Assembly (NCBI GenBank): GCA_965203485.1
Contig: OZ241892.1
Location: 3,456,001 to 3,520,000 of the forward strand
DNA: 64,000 bases
Source of the DNA: Longimicrobiales bacterium
Lineage (GTDB): Bacteria > Gemmatimonadota > Gemmatimonadetes > Longimicrobiales > Gaopeijiaceae
Reading direction: 5' to 3'
Shown here: positions 19,030 to 28,702 of the stretch, one piece after another
Layout of the letters: each line of letters starts with the position of its first letter
Numbering within the stretch: the stretch's first letter is position 1
Program-made: the position numbers and the translations under genes
The notes under the pieces: model-generated
Told to the model about the DNA's origin: nothing
The model's database searches: none
What the model saw: only the letters and a program-made list of their open reading frames with translations

Positions 19030-19626
19030 ATGTCCGCCGACTCTTCGGTCATTCCGTTTCGGCCGCGTCCTAGTCGGGCCGACAGAGTCGCGTCGAACGG
19101 CGTGATGGGCATGGTCCTGTTCATCTTCGTCGAGGTCATGCTCTTCGCCGGCTTCATTTCGGCGTTCGTGATTGTGAAGGCGCGCGCCCCCGGCTCCGTG
19201 TGGCCGCCGCCGGGCCAGCCGCGCCTGCCCTTCGAGCGCACCGCGCTGAACACGACAGCGCTGGTCGCGAGCGGCGTCGTCCTGTTGCTGGCCCACCGCG
19301 CGTTTCAGCGAGGCAAGACGGACGTCGGCGGATGGTTGCTGCTCGCCACGGCGCTGGGCGGCGCCTTCGTCGCCCTTCAAGGCGCGGAGTGGGTCGCGTT
19401 GCTGGGCGAGGGCCTGACGCTCACGTCTTCCACCTACGGCAGTCTGTTCTACACGATCATCGGCGCCCACGCCCTGCACGCGGTCGTGGCGATCGGCGCG
19501 CTGGCGTGGGCTTGGACGCGGCTTCGGGCCGACCGCTTGACCAAGGAGACGCTGTCGACGGTGGCCTTGTTCTGGTACTTCGTCGTGCTGGTCTGGCCGT
19601 TCCTGTACTTCCAGGTGTACTTGTAG
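19030..19626 (+). CDS. Second cytochrome c oxidase subunit III paralog
   Basis: FIFVEVMLFAG, LNTTAL, GAHALH, WYFVVLVWP. Confidence 0.85.
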   Translation: MSADSSVIPFRPRPSRADRVASNGVMGMVLFIFVEVMLFAGFISAFVIVKARAPGSVWPPPGQPRLPFERTALNTTALVASGVVLLLAHRAFQRGKTDVGGWLLLATALGGAFVALQGAEWVALLGEGLTLTSSTYGSLFYTIIGAHALHAVVAIGALAWAWTRLRADRLTKETLSTVALFWYFVVLVWPFLYFQVYL

Positions 19627-19630
19627 GGCG

Positions 19631-19858
19631 ATGAGGGGACGCGGCTTCGCGGCGACCGTGGTTGCGACGGCGGCCTTGCTCGTGCTGGCTCCGGGCGAGG
19701 CGTGGGCGTGTCCCGTGTGCTTCGACCGGGACGACGAAGCGCGCATCGCCTTTCTGGCCACGACCGGACTGCTGACCCTGTTGCCGCTGGGCATGGTCGG
19801 CGGCGCCGTGGTATGGGTGCGGCGAAGGGCTCGGGGACAGGTAGGTGGTGATGGATGA
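19631..19858 (+). CDS. Small secreted/membrane protein with CPVC motif
   Basis: Signal peptide ending AWA, then CPVC and one TM helix; 4 bp after the coxC paralog. Confidence 0.65.
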   Translation: MRGRGFAATVVATAALLVLAPGEAWACPVCFDRDDEARIAFLATTGLLTLLPLGMVGGAVVWVRRRARGQVGGDG

Positions 19859-20264
19859 GAAGAATGCCAACATGGGGGCGTACTGGCGAAGATCAGATGT
19901 CGTCTGATGCAACCACTTTGCGGCTTTTGGTATCGACGGAGATATCGGACTCGCGAATCCTAGTCAGCGGTCTCTATCGAGACTACACCGCAGCTGGTCG
20001 TAGAATGCAGATCGGCCGCTTGATTCGCAGGCGAGGATCGTCGCCGTGGACGCATTTTGAAAGTGTGAATAGCGACGATCTGAAGGAAGGCCGCAACGCG
20101 TAGATGCGCCCCTCGTTGTCCATGGCGCGCATGGCGGACGCACCAGCCGTGTGACGCGCTGAGTTTGCAAGCATGTTCGATTCGAGAAGCGCACTCTGGC
20201 ATCAAGCAATCCGTGGATGTCGCTTTTCCGTGACCTACGCCGCTTAGGCGCCGAAACGCCGGCC

Positions 20265-20831
20265 TCACCGTCTCAAGGCGTCTTCCAGTCCGGCCAGGAA
20301 CGCCGGGTCCCCTTCGGGCACGGGTCCGACCCAGCTGAAGTAGACTGCCTCGCGGCGGTCGATCAGGACGGTAGTGGGGAGGCCGCGAGCCCGGAAGACG
20401 TCCTGCGACTTGGCGTCCGGGTCCAAGACGATGTCGTACTCGACGCCCATCTCGGCGACGTATTCCTTCACGGCGTCCCGATCGGCGCGACGGTCCACCG
20501 ACACGCCGAGGACGCGCAGGCCGTCTTCCCTGTGCTCGCGGTACAGCGCCTGCAAGTATGGCGTTTCTTCGCGGCACGGGTGGCACCAAGTGGCCCAGAG
20601 GTTCACGAGCAGCGCATCGCCCGCGTAGTCGTGCAAGGAAACGTGAGGCCCGCCGCCTAGGGGCTCCGCGACGAAGGCCGGCGCCGGGTCGCCGCGGCGA
20701 AGGGGCAAGCCGTCCGATTGGGCGCAACCCCATCCGGAGACGGCGAGAAGGAGACAGGCGGCTGTTGCATGGCACGCTCGCGACCGCGTTGGGCGAAGGT
20801 GCTTCGGCGGAGCGCAGGCGGTGCGGCGCAT
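20265..20831 (-). CDS. TlpA/ResA-family thiol-disulfide reductase
   Basis: NLWATWCHPC, GLPTT; the ATG overlaps the upstream stop (ATGA). Confidence 0.88.
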   Translation of the reverse strand: MRRTACAPPKHLRPTRSRACHATAACLLLAVSGWGCAQSDGLPLRRGDPAPAFVAEPLGGGPHVSLHDYAGDALLVNLWATWCHPCREETPYLQALYREHREDGLRVLGVSVDRRADRDAVKEYVAEMGVEYDIVLDPDAKSQDVFRARGLPTTVLIDRREAVYFSWVGPVPEGDPAFLAGLEDALRR

Positions 20832-22669
20832 CACCGCGGGCTCACGAACTCCGTGGTGAACGGGCCGACGCCGTGGACCTGGATTGTCGTCTCGCCTTCG
20901 GCCCACATGAAGGCCGGCGTTCCAGCGGGAACGGCGATGTAGCTTCCCGGTCCGTATTCGCTGGCGGCCATGCGGTCCATTGTCTCGCCCAGCCCGACGA
21001 AGAAACGCCCCGAGAGGACCGTCATGTGCTCGGCGACGGGGTGAGTGTGCGGCGCCATCTCGAACCCGTCGCGGACTTGAAGGCGGAACGCGAAGGACTC
21101 GCCGGGCTCGGACGGCTCGCCGTACAAGGACACGATGCGCATTGCGTCGCCGTAGTCCTCCCAGTTCAGCGAGTCGCCGCGGTGGAAGACGGCGCCCGCG
21201 GGATCGTCGCCGGACTCGCCGTCGCCCGCGGTCTCCAATATCCAATCCGCGATGATCTCCATCGACTCGACGGACCACGTCTCGTCGATGGTCGCGTACT
21301 CGCTGGGCGCGCCGGTCTCGGCATGCTGGAACAAGTGGTTGTGGTCCGGCAGCATGTGGATTTCGTAGCGCGTGTTTCCGCCCCGCTCCAGCGCGGCCTC
21401 GATTTCGCCCAGGTTCTCCTCGCTGGGCACCTGCAAGTCCTTCTCGCCGCCGACCGCTAGGACCGGCACGGTCACGCGCTCGAGGAACTCCGCCGGCTCG
21501 TGCACGAGGAAGTAGCGGAACCAGGGCGAGTTGACCTGTCGCACTTCGGTGGCGACCGCGTGCTCGAACGATGCGCTGTCGGTGATGCCCGCCTGGGCGC
21601 GCTCCTCGGGCGTCGCCTCCTCCAGATGCGCGCGCACCAGCGCCTCCATCGCGGACGCGGACGATTCCGGGTCTTCGTTGGTCTTCAAGATGGCGAAGAG
21701 CTCGGCCTGCAGTTCGCGCGTCGCGGCGACCCGCGCTTCGGACATGCCTGCCGCCCGCCCGATCAGCTCGGCCTGGGCGTAGAGGATGCGCTCGCCGTTC
21801 ACCCCCGGCCCCGCCATCAGCACGATGTAGGCGACGTCGTCCGAGGCGACCGCGGCCATCGGCGCGATCAGGCCCCCTTCCGAATGTCCGGCCAAGCCGA
21901 TTCGGTCCGGCTCCACGTCGTCGCGGGTCTGCAGGTAGGCGACGCCAGCCAGCGCGTCCGAAGTGAAGTCCGCGGAAGTGGCGGTGGCGAAGTCGCCGGT
22001 GGACTTGCCGACGCCCCGGTCGTCGAAGCGAAGCACTGCTATTCCTCGCCGGGTCAGATGGTCGGACAGGACCAGGAACGGGCGATGGCCCAACAACGCT
22101 TCGTCGCGATCCTGCGGGCCGGAGCCGGAGACGAGGATCACCGCCGGGAACGGGCCGCCGTCGTTCGGCCGCGTGAAGGTGCCGGCAAGGCTGTGGCCGC
22201 CGTCCGGATTCGGATAAGCCACGTCTTCCGCCAGGTAGGGAAGCGGTTCCTCCGGGTCCTGGGGACGCCGCGCGGCCGCTTCGGCCTCTTCTTCGGACAC
22301 CCGCTCCAGGCGCAAGGGCATTGGGGCGCCCATCTGGGTGAACGTGCCTTCGATCGCGCCGCCGTCGTCGGACAGGGTTCCCTCGAACGATGCGCCGACG
22401 GACGGCATCGTCATCGACAGCTGCGGTCCGTCCGTCTCCACGGTCTCGACCGCGATCTCGGCGTTGCCTTGGTCGATGGAGTAGAGCGTCGCCGCCAAGC
22501 CGTCGTCGTTGCGGGTCACGTCGAACCGCAATCGCAGCGTGACACCGGCGCCGGGCACGTCGAGGCTGCCCGACCAGTTGCCGACGAACGGGTCCGGCGC
22601 GTCCTGCGCTTGGAGGTCCGCAGCGCCGAGCGGGACCAGGACAAGAGACAGCAAGAGACTCCGCTTCAT
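20831..22669 (-). CDS. Secreted alpha/beta hydrolase with C-terminal cupin domain
   Basis: Signal peptide MKRSLLL; SGSGPQDRD, GHSEGG nucleophile elbow, GEKDLQV, HNHLFQ; then cupin PHTHP..EHMTVLSG. Confidence 0.85.
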   Translation of the reverse strand: MKRSLLLSLVLVPLGAADLQAQDAPDPFVGNWSGSLDVPGAGVTLRLRFDVTRNDDGLAATLYSIDQGNAEIAVETVETDGPQLSMTMPSVGASFEGTLSDDGGAIEGTFTQMGAPMPLRLERVSEEEAEAAARRPQDPEEPLPYLAEDVAYPNPDGGHSLAGTFTRPNDGGPFPAVILVSGSGPQDRDEALLGHRPFLVLSDHLTRRGIAVLRFDDRGVGKSTGDFATATSADFTSDALAGVAYLQTRDDVEPDRIGLAGHSEGGLIAPMAAVASDDVAYIVLMAGPGVNGERILYAQAELIGRAAGMSEARVAATRELQAELFAILKTNEDPESSASAMEALVRAHLEEATPEERAQAGITDSASFEHAVATEVRQVNSPWFRYFLVHEPAEFLERVTVPVLAVGGEKDLQVPSEENLGEIEAALERGGNTRYEIHMLPDHNHLFQHAETGAPSEYATIDETWSVESMEIIADWILETAGDGESGDDPAGAVFHRGDSLNWEDYGDAMRIVSLYGEPSEPGESFAFRLQVRDGFEMAPHTHPVAEHMTVLSGRFFVGLGETMDRMAASEYGPGSYIAVPAGTPAFMWAEGETTIQVHGVGPFTTEFVSPR

Positions 22670-22764
22670 TCGGGCATCGCTCCTTCGCCAGTGGGGTTGC
22701 TCGTTCTTCGTGCGACTGAGGAATCTACGGCGAGCGTCGGCGTTTTCTTCTGTCGGGGGCCGAT

Positions 22765-23181
22765 CTACTCCGGCGGACGGGCTTCGCGGCGGTGCACGAA
22801 ACGCAAGGCGGACCAGTCGTCGTCGATGGCGCACACCTTGTTGTCGACGAGGCCGCCTTCCAGCCCCGCTCGTCGCACGTCGGAGTCCCGCACGTCGCTG
22901 GCGAGAGGACTGCTCCTCTTCGGCCACGCGAGCCAGAGTCCGCCCGTCCACTTGAGCAGAGGCCGAAGTTGCCCGACCAAGCCGGCCAGCGCGGCCAAGT
23001 CGGGAACGAACGCCACGACGACGTCGTAGCTTCTCGGCACGGCCAAGCGGTGATCCACGACCACCGCGGGGCCGAGCCTCAACGCTTCGGAGAAACTGTC
23101 GGGCGCCTGGCGCCAGCCCACGCGGTCGCCGCGAGCGATGCCGAGCTTCTTGGACAGCGGGGTATCCGAGTAGGCCGTCAC
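22765..23181 (-). CDS. DUF3052-family protein
   Basis: YSDTPLSKKLGI, LWLAWPK, GLVDNKVCAIDDDWSALRFV. Confidence 0.8.
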   Translation of the reverse strand: MTAYSDTPLSKKLGIARGDRVGWRQAPDSFSEALRLGPAVVVDHRLAVPRSYDVVVAFVPDLAALAGLVGQLRPLLKWTGGLWLAWPKRSSPLASDVRDSDVRRAGLEGGLVDNKVCAIDDDWSALRFVHRREARPPE

Positions 23182-23355
23182 AGGCTACTTTCCGGTAAAG
23201 CGTCTTCGTGCGCCGTCGTATTCGAGGCGGCGCATCCTGTGGGCGAGCGCGCCACCAATCGCGGCCGGTCGGCGCATTGGTCCGCAGGGCCGTTCGGGAG
23301 GTTGCCGCGGTTCTGGTCGGCACTACCACGATCCCAAGGAAGATAGGAGGTGGCC

Positions 23356-24813
23356 ATGGGCCGCAGCGAGGCAGGTGCAGTCGCGCGGGAGGCGAACGCG
23401 ATCCGGGCGAAGGCGGCCACGAGTCGCGCGCGTCTTGCGAATTGCGCGGGGCGGCGGACGGGTCGCGCCGCGCGGATCGTGGTTGCGGCTCCGGCGTGGA
23501 CGCCGCGCCAGTGCGACGTGCAGGCCCCTTGCGCGCGTCGCGTCGTCCGGACGGCGGCATCGGCGCTGGCGTGTTCCACGTTAATGGCGGCCGTCGCGTG
23601 CGGCGGCGCCGAAGACTCCGGGGGCAACGCGGCAGCGGGCGGCCTGAACGGCCCCGACGTCATGCTGACCGCCGTGACCGAGCCGGTGTACACGGTGGGC
23701 AAGCCGGCGGGCGAGGACTGGGAGCTTCTGGGAAGAGTGGCGTCCCTTGCGTTCGACGACGGCGGCAGCCTGTACCTCTTCGACGCGGTGGCGCAACGAA
23801 TCGTCGTGGTCGGACCGGACGGCCAGTTCGCGGGGTTCGCCGGAGGGCCGGGGGAGGGGCCGGGCGAGTTCGACAACGCCTCGGCGATGGCGTTGTTGCC
23901 GGGCGGGCGCATCGCGGTCTTCGAGTTCGGATTGCCGGGCACGTTCGAGATTCTCGAAGCGGACGGAACGTACGTCGAGTCCGTGCAGGTTGACATCACC
24001 AAGGCCGCCCCGGCCGCCAAGGCGGAGCCGTTGCCCGACGGCCGCTTGATCTCCACGGGCGGCCCTCGGGTGTCGATGGCGCGCGCGCCGGACCAGGACG
24101 GCGAGGTTGCGCCGCCCGGCCGCCGCGCCATGGACATCTTCCCGCTGGACGGCGCCGATCCCGGGGCCTTCTACTACGCGTGGGGGCCTCCGCCTGCGAA
24201 GGGGGACTCGACGACGGTCCAGCTGGAAGAGGGAATGATGTTCACGCTGCCCCCGCAGACCGCGTTGGAGCCCGGCCTGCATTGGGCGGTCTTGGCCGAC
24301 GGCCGGATCGCGATTGCGGACTCCATCGGCTACCAAGTGAAGTTGGTGACGCCGGACGGGGCGGATGCCGGGCGCATCGAGCGGCCCATCGAGCCATTGA
24401 CGGTGACCGAGGCCGTCAGGGATGCGGTGCGCGCCGCGGCCAGGGCGGATCTCGAGGGAGCCGCGAGCTTGGGTGTCACTGCGGCTTACGAGACGGCCAT
24501 GCCGCCTGCGTTGCGCGAAGCGATGGAACGCGGGATCGAGGAGATGACGTTTCCGAACGAGATTCCTGTCGTCGCGGGCTTGGCGGCCGACCGGGAGGGC
24601 CGCCTGTGGATTGAGCGGTCGGGCCTCGACGGCGTTGCTGACGGACCCATCGACATCGTCACGCCGGACGGCGGCTACGTCGGCACGCTCGCGCCGGATG
24701 GACCCCGGCTTCCGAACGCGTTCGGCCCCGGCGGATTGATGGCGTATCTGGTCGAGGACGACATGGGCGCTCAAACCGTGCGCGTGGTCAGGCTGGCATC
24801 CTTGGACCGCTGA
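23356..24813 (+). CDS. 6-bladed beta-propeller surface protein
   Basis: AGGAGG RBS; GGPGEGPGEF motif, DREGRLWIER, DGGYVG blade repeats. Confidence 0.75.
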   Translation: MGRSEAGAVAREANAIRAKAATSRARLANCAGRRTGRAARIVVAAPAWTPRQCDVQAPCARRVVRTAASALACSTLMAAVACGGAEDSGGNAAAGGLNGPDVMLTAVTEPVYTVGKPAGEDWELLGRVASLAFDDGGSLYLFDAVAQRIVVVGPDGQFAGFAGGPGEGPGEFDNASAMALLPGGRIAVFEFGLPGTFEILEADGTYVESVQVDITKAAPAAKAEPLPDGRLISTGGPRVSMARAPDQDGEVAPPGRRAMDIFPLDGADPGAFYYAWGPPPAKGDSTTVQLEEGMMFTLPPQTALEPGLHWAVLADGRIAIADSIGYQVKLVTPDGADAGRIERPIEPLTVTEAVRDAVRAAARADLEGAASLGVTAAYETAMPPALREAMERGIEEMTFPNEIPVVAGLAADREGRLWIERSGLDGVADGPIDIVTPDGGYVGTLAPDGPRLPNAFGPGGLMAYLVEDDMGAQTVRVVRLASLDR

Positions 24814-24816
24814 TCC

Positions 24817-25779
24817 GTGCGCGCGCGCTCTCTTCTGGGCGGGCTGGCTCTCGCGGCAGGCGTGGCGTCCCCGGGGCTCGCGGGCGGTGGCGCACCGGCC
24901 GTTTGGGGCTTCACGGGCCACGAAATGGCCGCGCGGGCCGCGGCCCGTGCGTTGCCGCGCTCCATGCCGGCCTTCTTCCTGGATTCGGGCGACCAGCTGG
25001 TGTACTTGAATCCCGAGCCGGATCGGTGGCGCGTGCAGGAGTCCGTGGAGATGAACGAGGCCTTCGCGTACGACCACTACGTCGACCTTGAGAACCTTCC
25101 CGGCGGCGCCTTGGACGCGCCCGACCGGTTCGCCTATCTGAGGATGCTCTACGAGGCCGAACTCGAGCGCCCCGAGCGGGACGGCGGCTTCCTGCCCTAC
25201 CGGATCGTGGAGCTTCACCAGCGTCTCACCAGCCTGTGGCGCCGCTGGCGAACCGAGCAGGACCCGCGCCGCCGCACATGGCTGGAACAGCGCATCGTCA
25301 ACGACGCCGGCGTCTTGGGACACTACGTGACGGACGCGTCCCAACCGCACCACACGACCATCCACTTCAACGGATGGAACGCCCGAACGTCCAATCCCGA
25401 GGGCTACACCCGCGACAACAACTTCCATTCGCGCTTCGAGCGGCACTTTGTCGAGGCGCACGTGAGGCGGGCCGACGTCGAAGGGCACATGCGCGCTCGG
25501 AGGCCGGCTTGGCTTGCGGAACGTGCGGCCAAGGCGGAGGACGACGTCCCGCAAGCCGTTCAGGAACACATCGCCGAGTCGCACGCCGAGGTGGAGACGC
25601 TCTACCGGATCGAGCGGGACGCCGGCTTCGAACCCGATCAGCCGGTGCAAGCAGCCGCTCGGGACTTTGCCGCCAGCCGCTTGGCGGCCGGCGCCGACAT
25701 GCTCGCCGTCCTTTGGCTCGCGGCGTGGAATGGCAGCGCCGAGGAGGAGAACGGGTCCGGCCCGCGCTGGGAGCGCTGA
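24817..25779 (+). CDS. S1/P1 nuclease / Zn-dependent phospholipase C family protein
   Basis: Signal peptide then W-G-x-x-G-H; HYVDLE, GHYVTDASQPHH, HSRFE zinc ligands. Confidence 0.8.
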   Translation: MRARSLLGGLALAAGVASPGLAGGGAPAVWGFTGHEMAARAAARALPRSMPAFFLDSGDQLVYLNPEPDRWRVQESVEMNEAFAYDHYVDLENLPGGALDAPDRFAYLRMLYEAELERPERDGGFLPYRIVELHQRLTSLWRRWRTEQDPRRRTWLEQRIVNDAGVLGHYVTDASQPHHTTIHFNGWNARTSNPEGYTRDNNFHSRFERHFVEAHVRRADVEGHMRARRPAWLAERAAKAEDDVPQAVQEHIAESHAEVETLYRIERDAGFEPDQPVQAAARDFAASRLAAGADMLAVLWLAAWNGSAEEENGSGPRWER

Positions 25780-25839
25780 TGGATTCCGGCGTAGTTTCGT
25801 GGCCGCGCGGCCGTGGTTGCGTCGCGCGCGCGAGGGCCG

Positions 25840-27291
25840 TCACCCGGCCATGGCTTCGCCCAGGACTTCGAGCAATGTGTCCACTGTCTCCTTCCGGGTT
25901 CGGAAAGCGAGGGCGGCGAAACGCAGCCAGACTTGCTGGTCCAGATAGGTCGACGAGATGAACACGCGGCCGTCGGCGTGGACGCGCTCGACGAGCGCTT
26001 GGTTGGCGGCGTTCGGGTTGCGGCCGGGCGGCACGTGGCGGAACAGCGAGACCGAGAGTTCGGGAGCCGGGCCGGTCTCGACGTGGGGCAAGGCCTGGAC
26101 GCGCTCGTGGAAGTAGCGGGCCAGCCAGATCTTCTCGCTCAGGCAGGCGCGGAAGGCGGCGACGCCGAACAGTTGCAGGGGCAGCCATAGCCGCAGGGCG
26201 CGGAAATGGCGGCTGAGCTCGGGCGAGTGATATGCGGGAGAAGGGGACTCTTCGCTTTCCCAGGTGTCTCGCAGATACGGCGGGGCGTGCCAATGGGCGT
26301 TTCGCAGGGCATCGCGGTCGCGCACCAGCACGGCGCCGCTGCCGTAGGGGAGGAACAAGCCCTTGTGGGGGTCCAGGACGAGCGAGTCGGCCCGGTGGAG
26401 AGCCGCCAGCGACGGCGGGGCCTCCGGGCAGAGCGCGAAGAATCCGCCGTAGGCCGCGTCCACGTGGAACCACATGTCGTCTGCGGCAGTCGTGGCGGCC
26501 TCGGCGAGCTCGTCCACTGGGTCCACTGCGCCCGTGTCGGTCGTGCCCGCGGACGCGACGACCATGAAGGGACGCAGCCCGGCCTTCCGGTCGGCGGCGA
26601 TCTTGCGTTGCAGGTCGCCGGGGATCATGCGAAAGCGGTCGTCCATCTCGACGTGCCGGACGGCGCATTCGCGCAACCCCGCGATGACGCGCGCCTTGCC
26701 GACGCTGTGATGCACGTGGCGCGTGGCGTAGATCACCGAGCGCGGCACGTCCGCCGCCCGAATCCCGAGGGCCTCCCGGGCCGTGACGATCGCGACCAGA
26801 TTGGCGATCGATCCACCGCTCGTGAGGTCGCCTCCCGCCCCGGACGGATAGCCCACGAGCCCGGCCATCCAGTCGAGGAGCAGGTTGCCCATCCGCACCG
26901 CGCCCGGCGAAGCGAAGCAGATGCCCGCGAAGCGGTTGGCCGTCGCCGCCATGTAGTCGCCCAAGGCTGCGGGATAGATGCCGCCGCCGGGGATGTACCC
27001 CAGGTGTCCGCCCGAGGCCGGGTTCAGCCCGAAGCCGTCCACGGAGCGCTCGACCAGTCTCACCAGTTCCGAGATCGGACGGCCTTCCTCCGCAATCGGA
27101 AAGTCCAGGATCTCCGCGGCGCCGCTGTCCGGCGTCACGTACGTCTTGGCGGCGGGCAGCCGGTCCAGGAAGCGACGCCCGTAGCCCAGCGCTTCTTCCT
27201 CTAGCCGCCTGCGGTCCGCCGCTTCCGGATCGAGCCGCCGGGACAGCGGAGCTAGTTCGGCGATGCGCGCCTCGATCTCCTCGATCGTCAC
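25840..27291 (-). CDS. PLP-dependent (group II) amino acid decarboxylase
   Basis: TSGGS, HHSV, SAGTTDTGAVD, HVDAAYGG, LDPHK (PLP lysine). Confidence 0.9.
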   Translation of the reverse strand: MTIEEIEARIAELAPLSRRLDPEAADRRRLEEEALGYGRRFLDRLPAAKTYVTPDSGAAEILDFPIAEEGRPISELVRLVERSVDGFGLNPASGGHLGYIPGGGIYPAALGDYMAATANRFAGICFASPGAVRMGNLLLDWMAGLVGYPSGAGGDLTSGGSIANLVAIVTAREALGIRAADVPRSVIYATRHVHHSVGKARVIAGLRECAVRHVEMDDRFRMIPGDLQRKIAADRKAGLRPFMVVASAGTTDTGAVDPVDELAEAATTAADDMWFHVDAAYGGFFALCPEAPPSLAALHRADSLVLDPHKGLFLPYGSGAVLVRDRDALRNAHWHAPPYLRDTWESEESPSPAYHSPELSRHFRALRLWLPLQLFGVAAFRACLSEKIWLARYFHERVQALPHVETGPAPELSVSLFRHVPPGRNPNAANQALVERVHADGRVFISSTYLDQQVWLRFAALAFRTRKETVDTLLEVLGEAMAG

Positions 27292-27338
27292 AGCGGCGCG
27301 CAGGGGCGCCGCGGCGTGCGCGGGCCCGCAACGGGAGG

Positions 27339-27439
27339 GGTCACGCCCATCCCGCGCGGAGGCGAAGCTGACGGCCCCGGCGGCCCCGGAGCCCGCCCGT
27401 CACGGTCACGCCCGTCCCGCGCGGAGGCGAAGCCGCCGG
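27339..27439. repeat. Imperfect 36-bp direct repeat duplicating the desaturase 3' end
   Basis: GGTCACGCCCATCCCGCGCGGAGGCGAAGCTGACGG (27339-27374) vs GGTCACGCCCGTCCCGCGCGGAGGCGAAGCCGCCGG (27404-27439). Confidence 0.85.
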
Positions 27440-28431
27440 TACTCGCGAAACGAAATGAGCTTTCGGCGCGCCTCGTCCCAGAGCGCCAAGTTGAGCGTCT
27501 TGAAGCTGTCGAGAAGAGTCATTCGCTTCACGGACCAGAGTTCGCGGTTCTCGTCGTGGCAGCGTTGCAGCCTGTAGTTGGGAATGCGGCTGCTCAGGTG
27601 ATGGACGTGGTGCAGTCCTATGTTCGCCGTCAACCACTGCAACGGCTTGGGAAGTTGCAGAAACGAGGAACCGTGAAGGCCGGCGTCGTAGTAGTTCCAG
27701 TCCTCGTGCCAGTGCCAGTAGGCTTCCTCGAACTGGTGCTGCACGTAGAACAGCCAGACGCCCAGCGCGCAAGCGAACAGCGTAACGGGAAGCTGAACGA
27801 GCAAGAAGCGGTCCAATCCGGTCGTCAGCCATGCCGCCAGCAGCAGACCGGCCAAGGCGGCGTTGGTCCACCACACGGAACGCCACTCCCGCCTCCAGCG
27901 CCAGGGAATGTCCCAAGGGAATCGGTGCTTGACCAGGAAGTGGAAGGCGGCGCCGGGGCCGAACAGCACGAAGGGATTGCGGTATATGCGATAACCCAGG
28001 CGCTGCAGGCGCGACATCGCCTCGTATTCCTCGACGGTCTTCGTGCTGATGTCGCCGAAGGTGCGCAGGTCCAAGTCGCCGGAGTGAGCGTGATGGATGG
28101 CGTGCGTCTTGCGCCAGTAGTGATAGGGCGTCAGCGCCAGGACTCCGATCACGGAACCCACTGCGTCGGCCAGCTTCTGGGAGCGGAAGTACGACCCGTG
28201 GCCGCAGTCGTGCTGAATCATGAAGAGCCGCATGAGCATGGCCGAGGTGGGCACGGCCAGAAGCACCGTGAGCCAATAGCCGACTTCGAGCGACGCGAAC
28301 ATGAGCGCCCAAAGTCCGGCGTAGAGACTCGCGGTGACTGCAAGTTGGGCGGCGCTGCGCCGGTGGTCGGGGCCGAAGTAGGGGGACAGGATCTTCTTCC
28401 ACCGTTCGACTTGTTCGCGGTCGAGCTTCAT
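27406..28431 (-). CDS. Membrane fatty acid desaturase
   Basis: Three His boxes: HDCGH, HAIHH, HHVHH. Confidence 0.92.
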   Translation of the reverse strand: MKLDREQVERWKKILSPYFGPDHRRSAAQLAVTASLYAGLWALMFASLEVGYWLTVLLAVPTSAMLMRLFMIQHDCGHGSYFRSQKLADAVGSVIGVLALTPYHYWRKTHAIHHAHSGDLDLRTFGDISTKTVEEYEAMSRLQRLGYRIYRNPFVLFGPGAAFHFLVKHRFPWDIPWRWRREWRSVWWTNAALAGLLLAAWLTTGLDRFLLVQLPVTLFACALGVWLFYVQHQFEEAYWHWHEDWNYYDAGLHGSSFLQLPKPLQWLTANIGLHHVHHLSSRIPNYRLQRCHDENRELWSVKRMTLLDSFKTLNLALWDEARRKLISFREYRRLRLRAGRA

Positions 28432-28702
28432 GCTGCGGGTTGGTTGCGGGGATTGAAGGCGTTGCGGGGATCGAGGTTGGCGGAGAATGGGGGACGCGCG
28501 GAGGATGCGGGAGGAGCGCGGAGGCTGGAGCTGGCCGCAGGACTAACCGAAATCGGTTGCGGCGCCGCACAAATGTAGCCTCCGGCGGCTCGCCCGCCCG
28601 CCGCTTCGCCGCCCTCGCGCCGGAAGTGCGTCGCGCAATCCCGGCTCGGCTCCCGTCGTCGCTTGCGCGCCCCTTCGCAGCGGCCTGCCGGACCGCCCGT
28701 AC

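Noticed and set aside
28436..28530. Short GTTGCGGGGAT repeats upstream of the desaturase as an operator or riboswitch
   Set aside because: Two low-complexity copies, with no recognisable structure or regulator.
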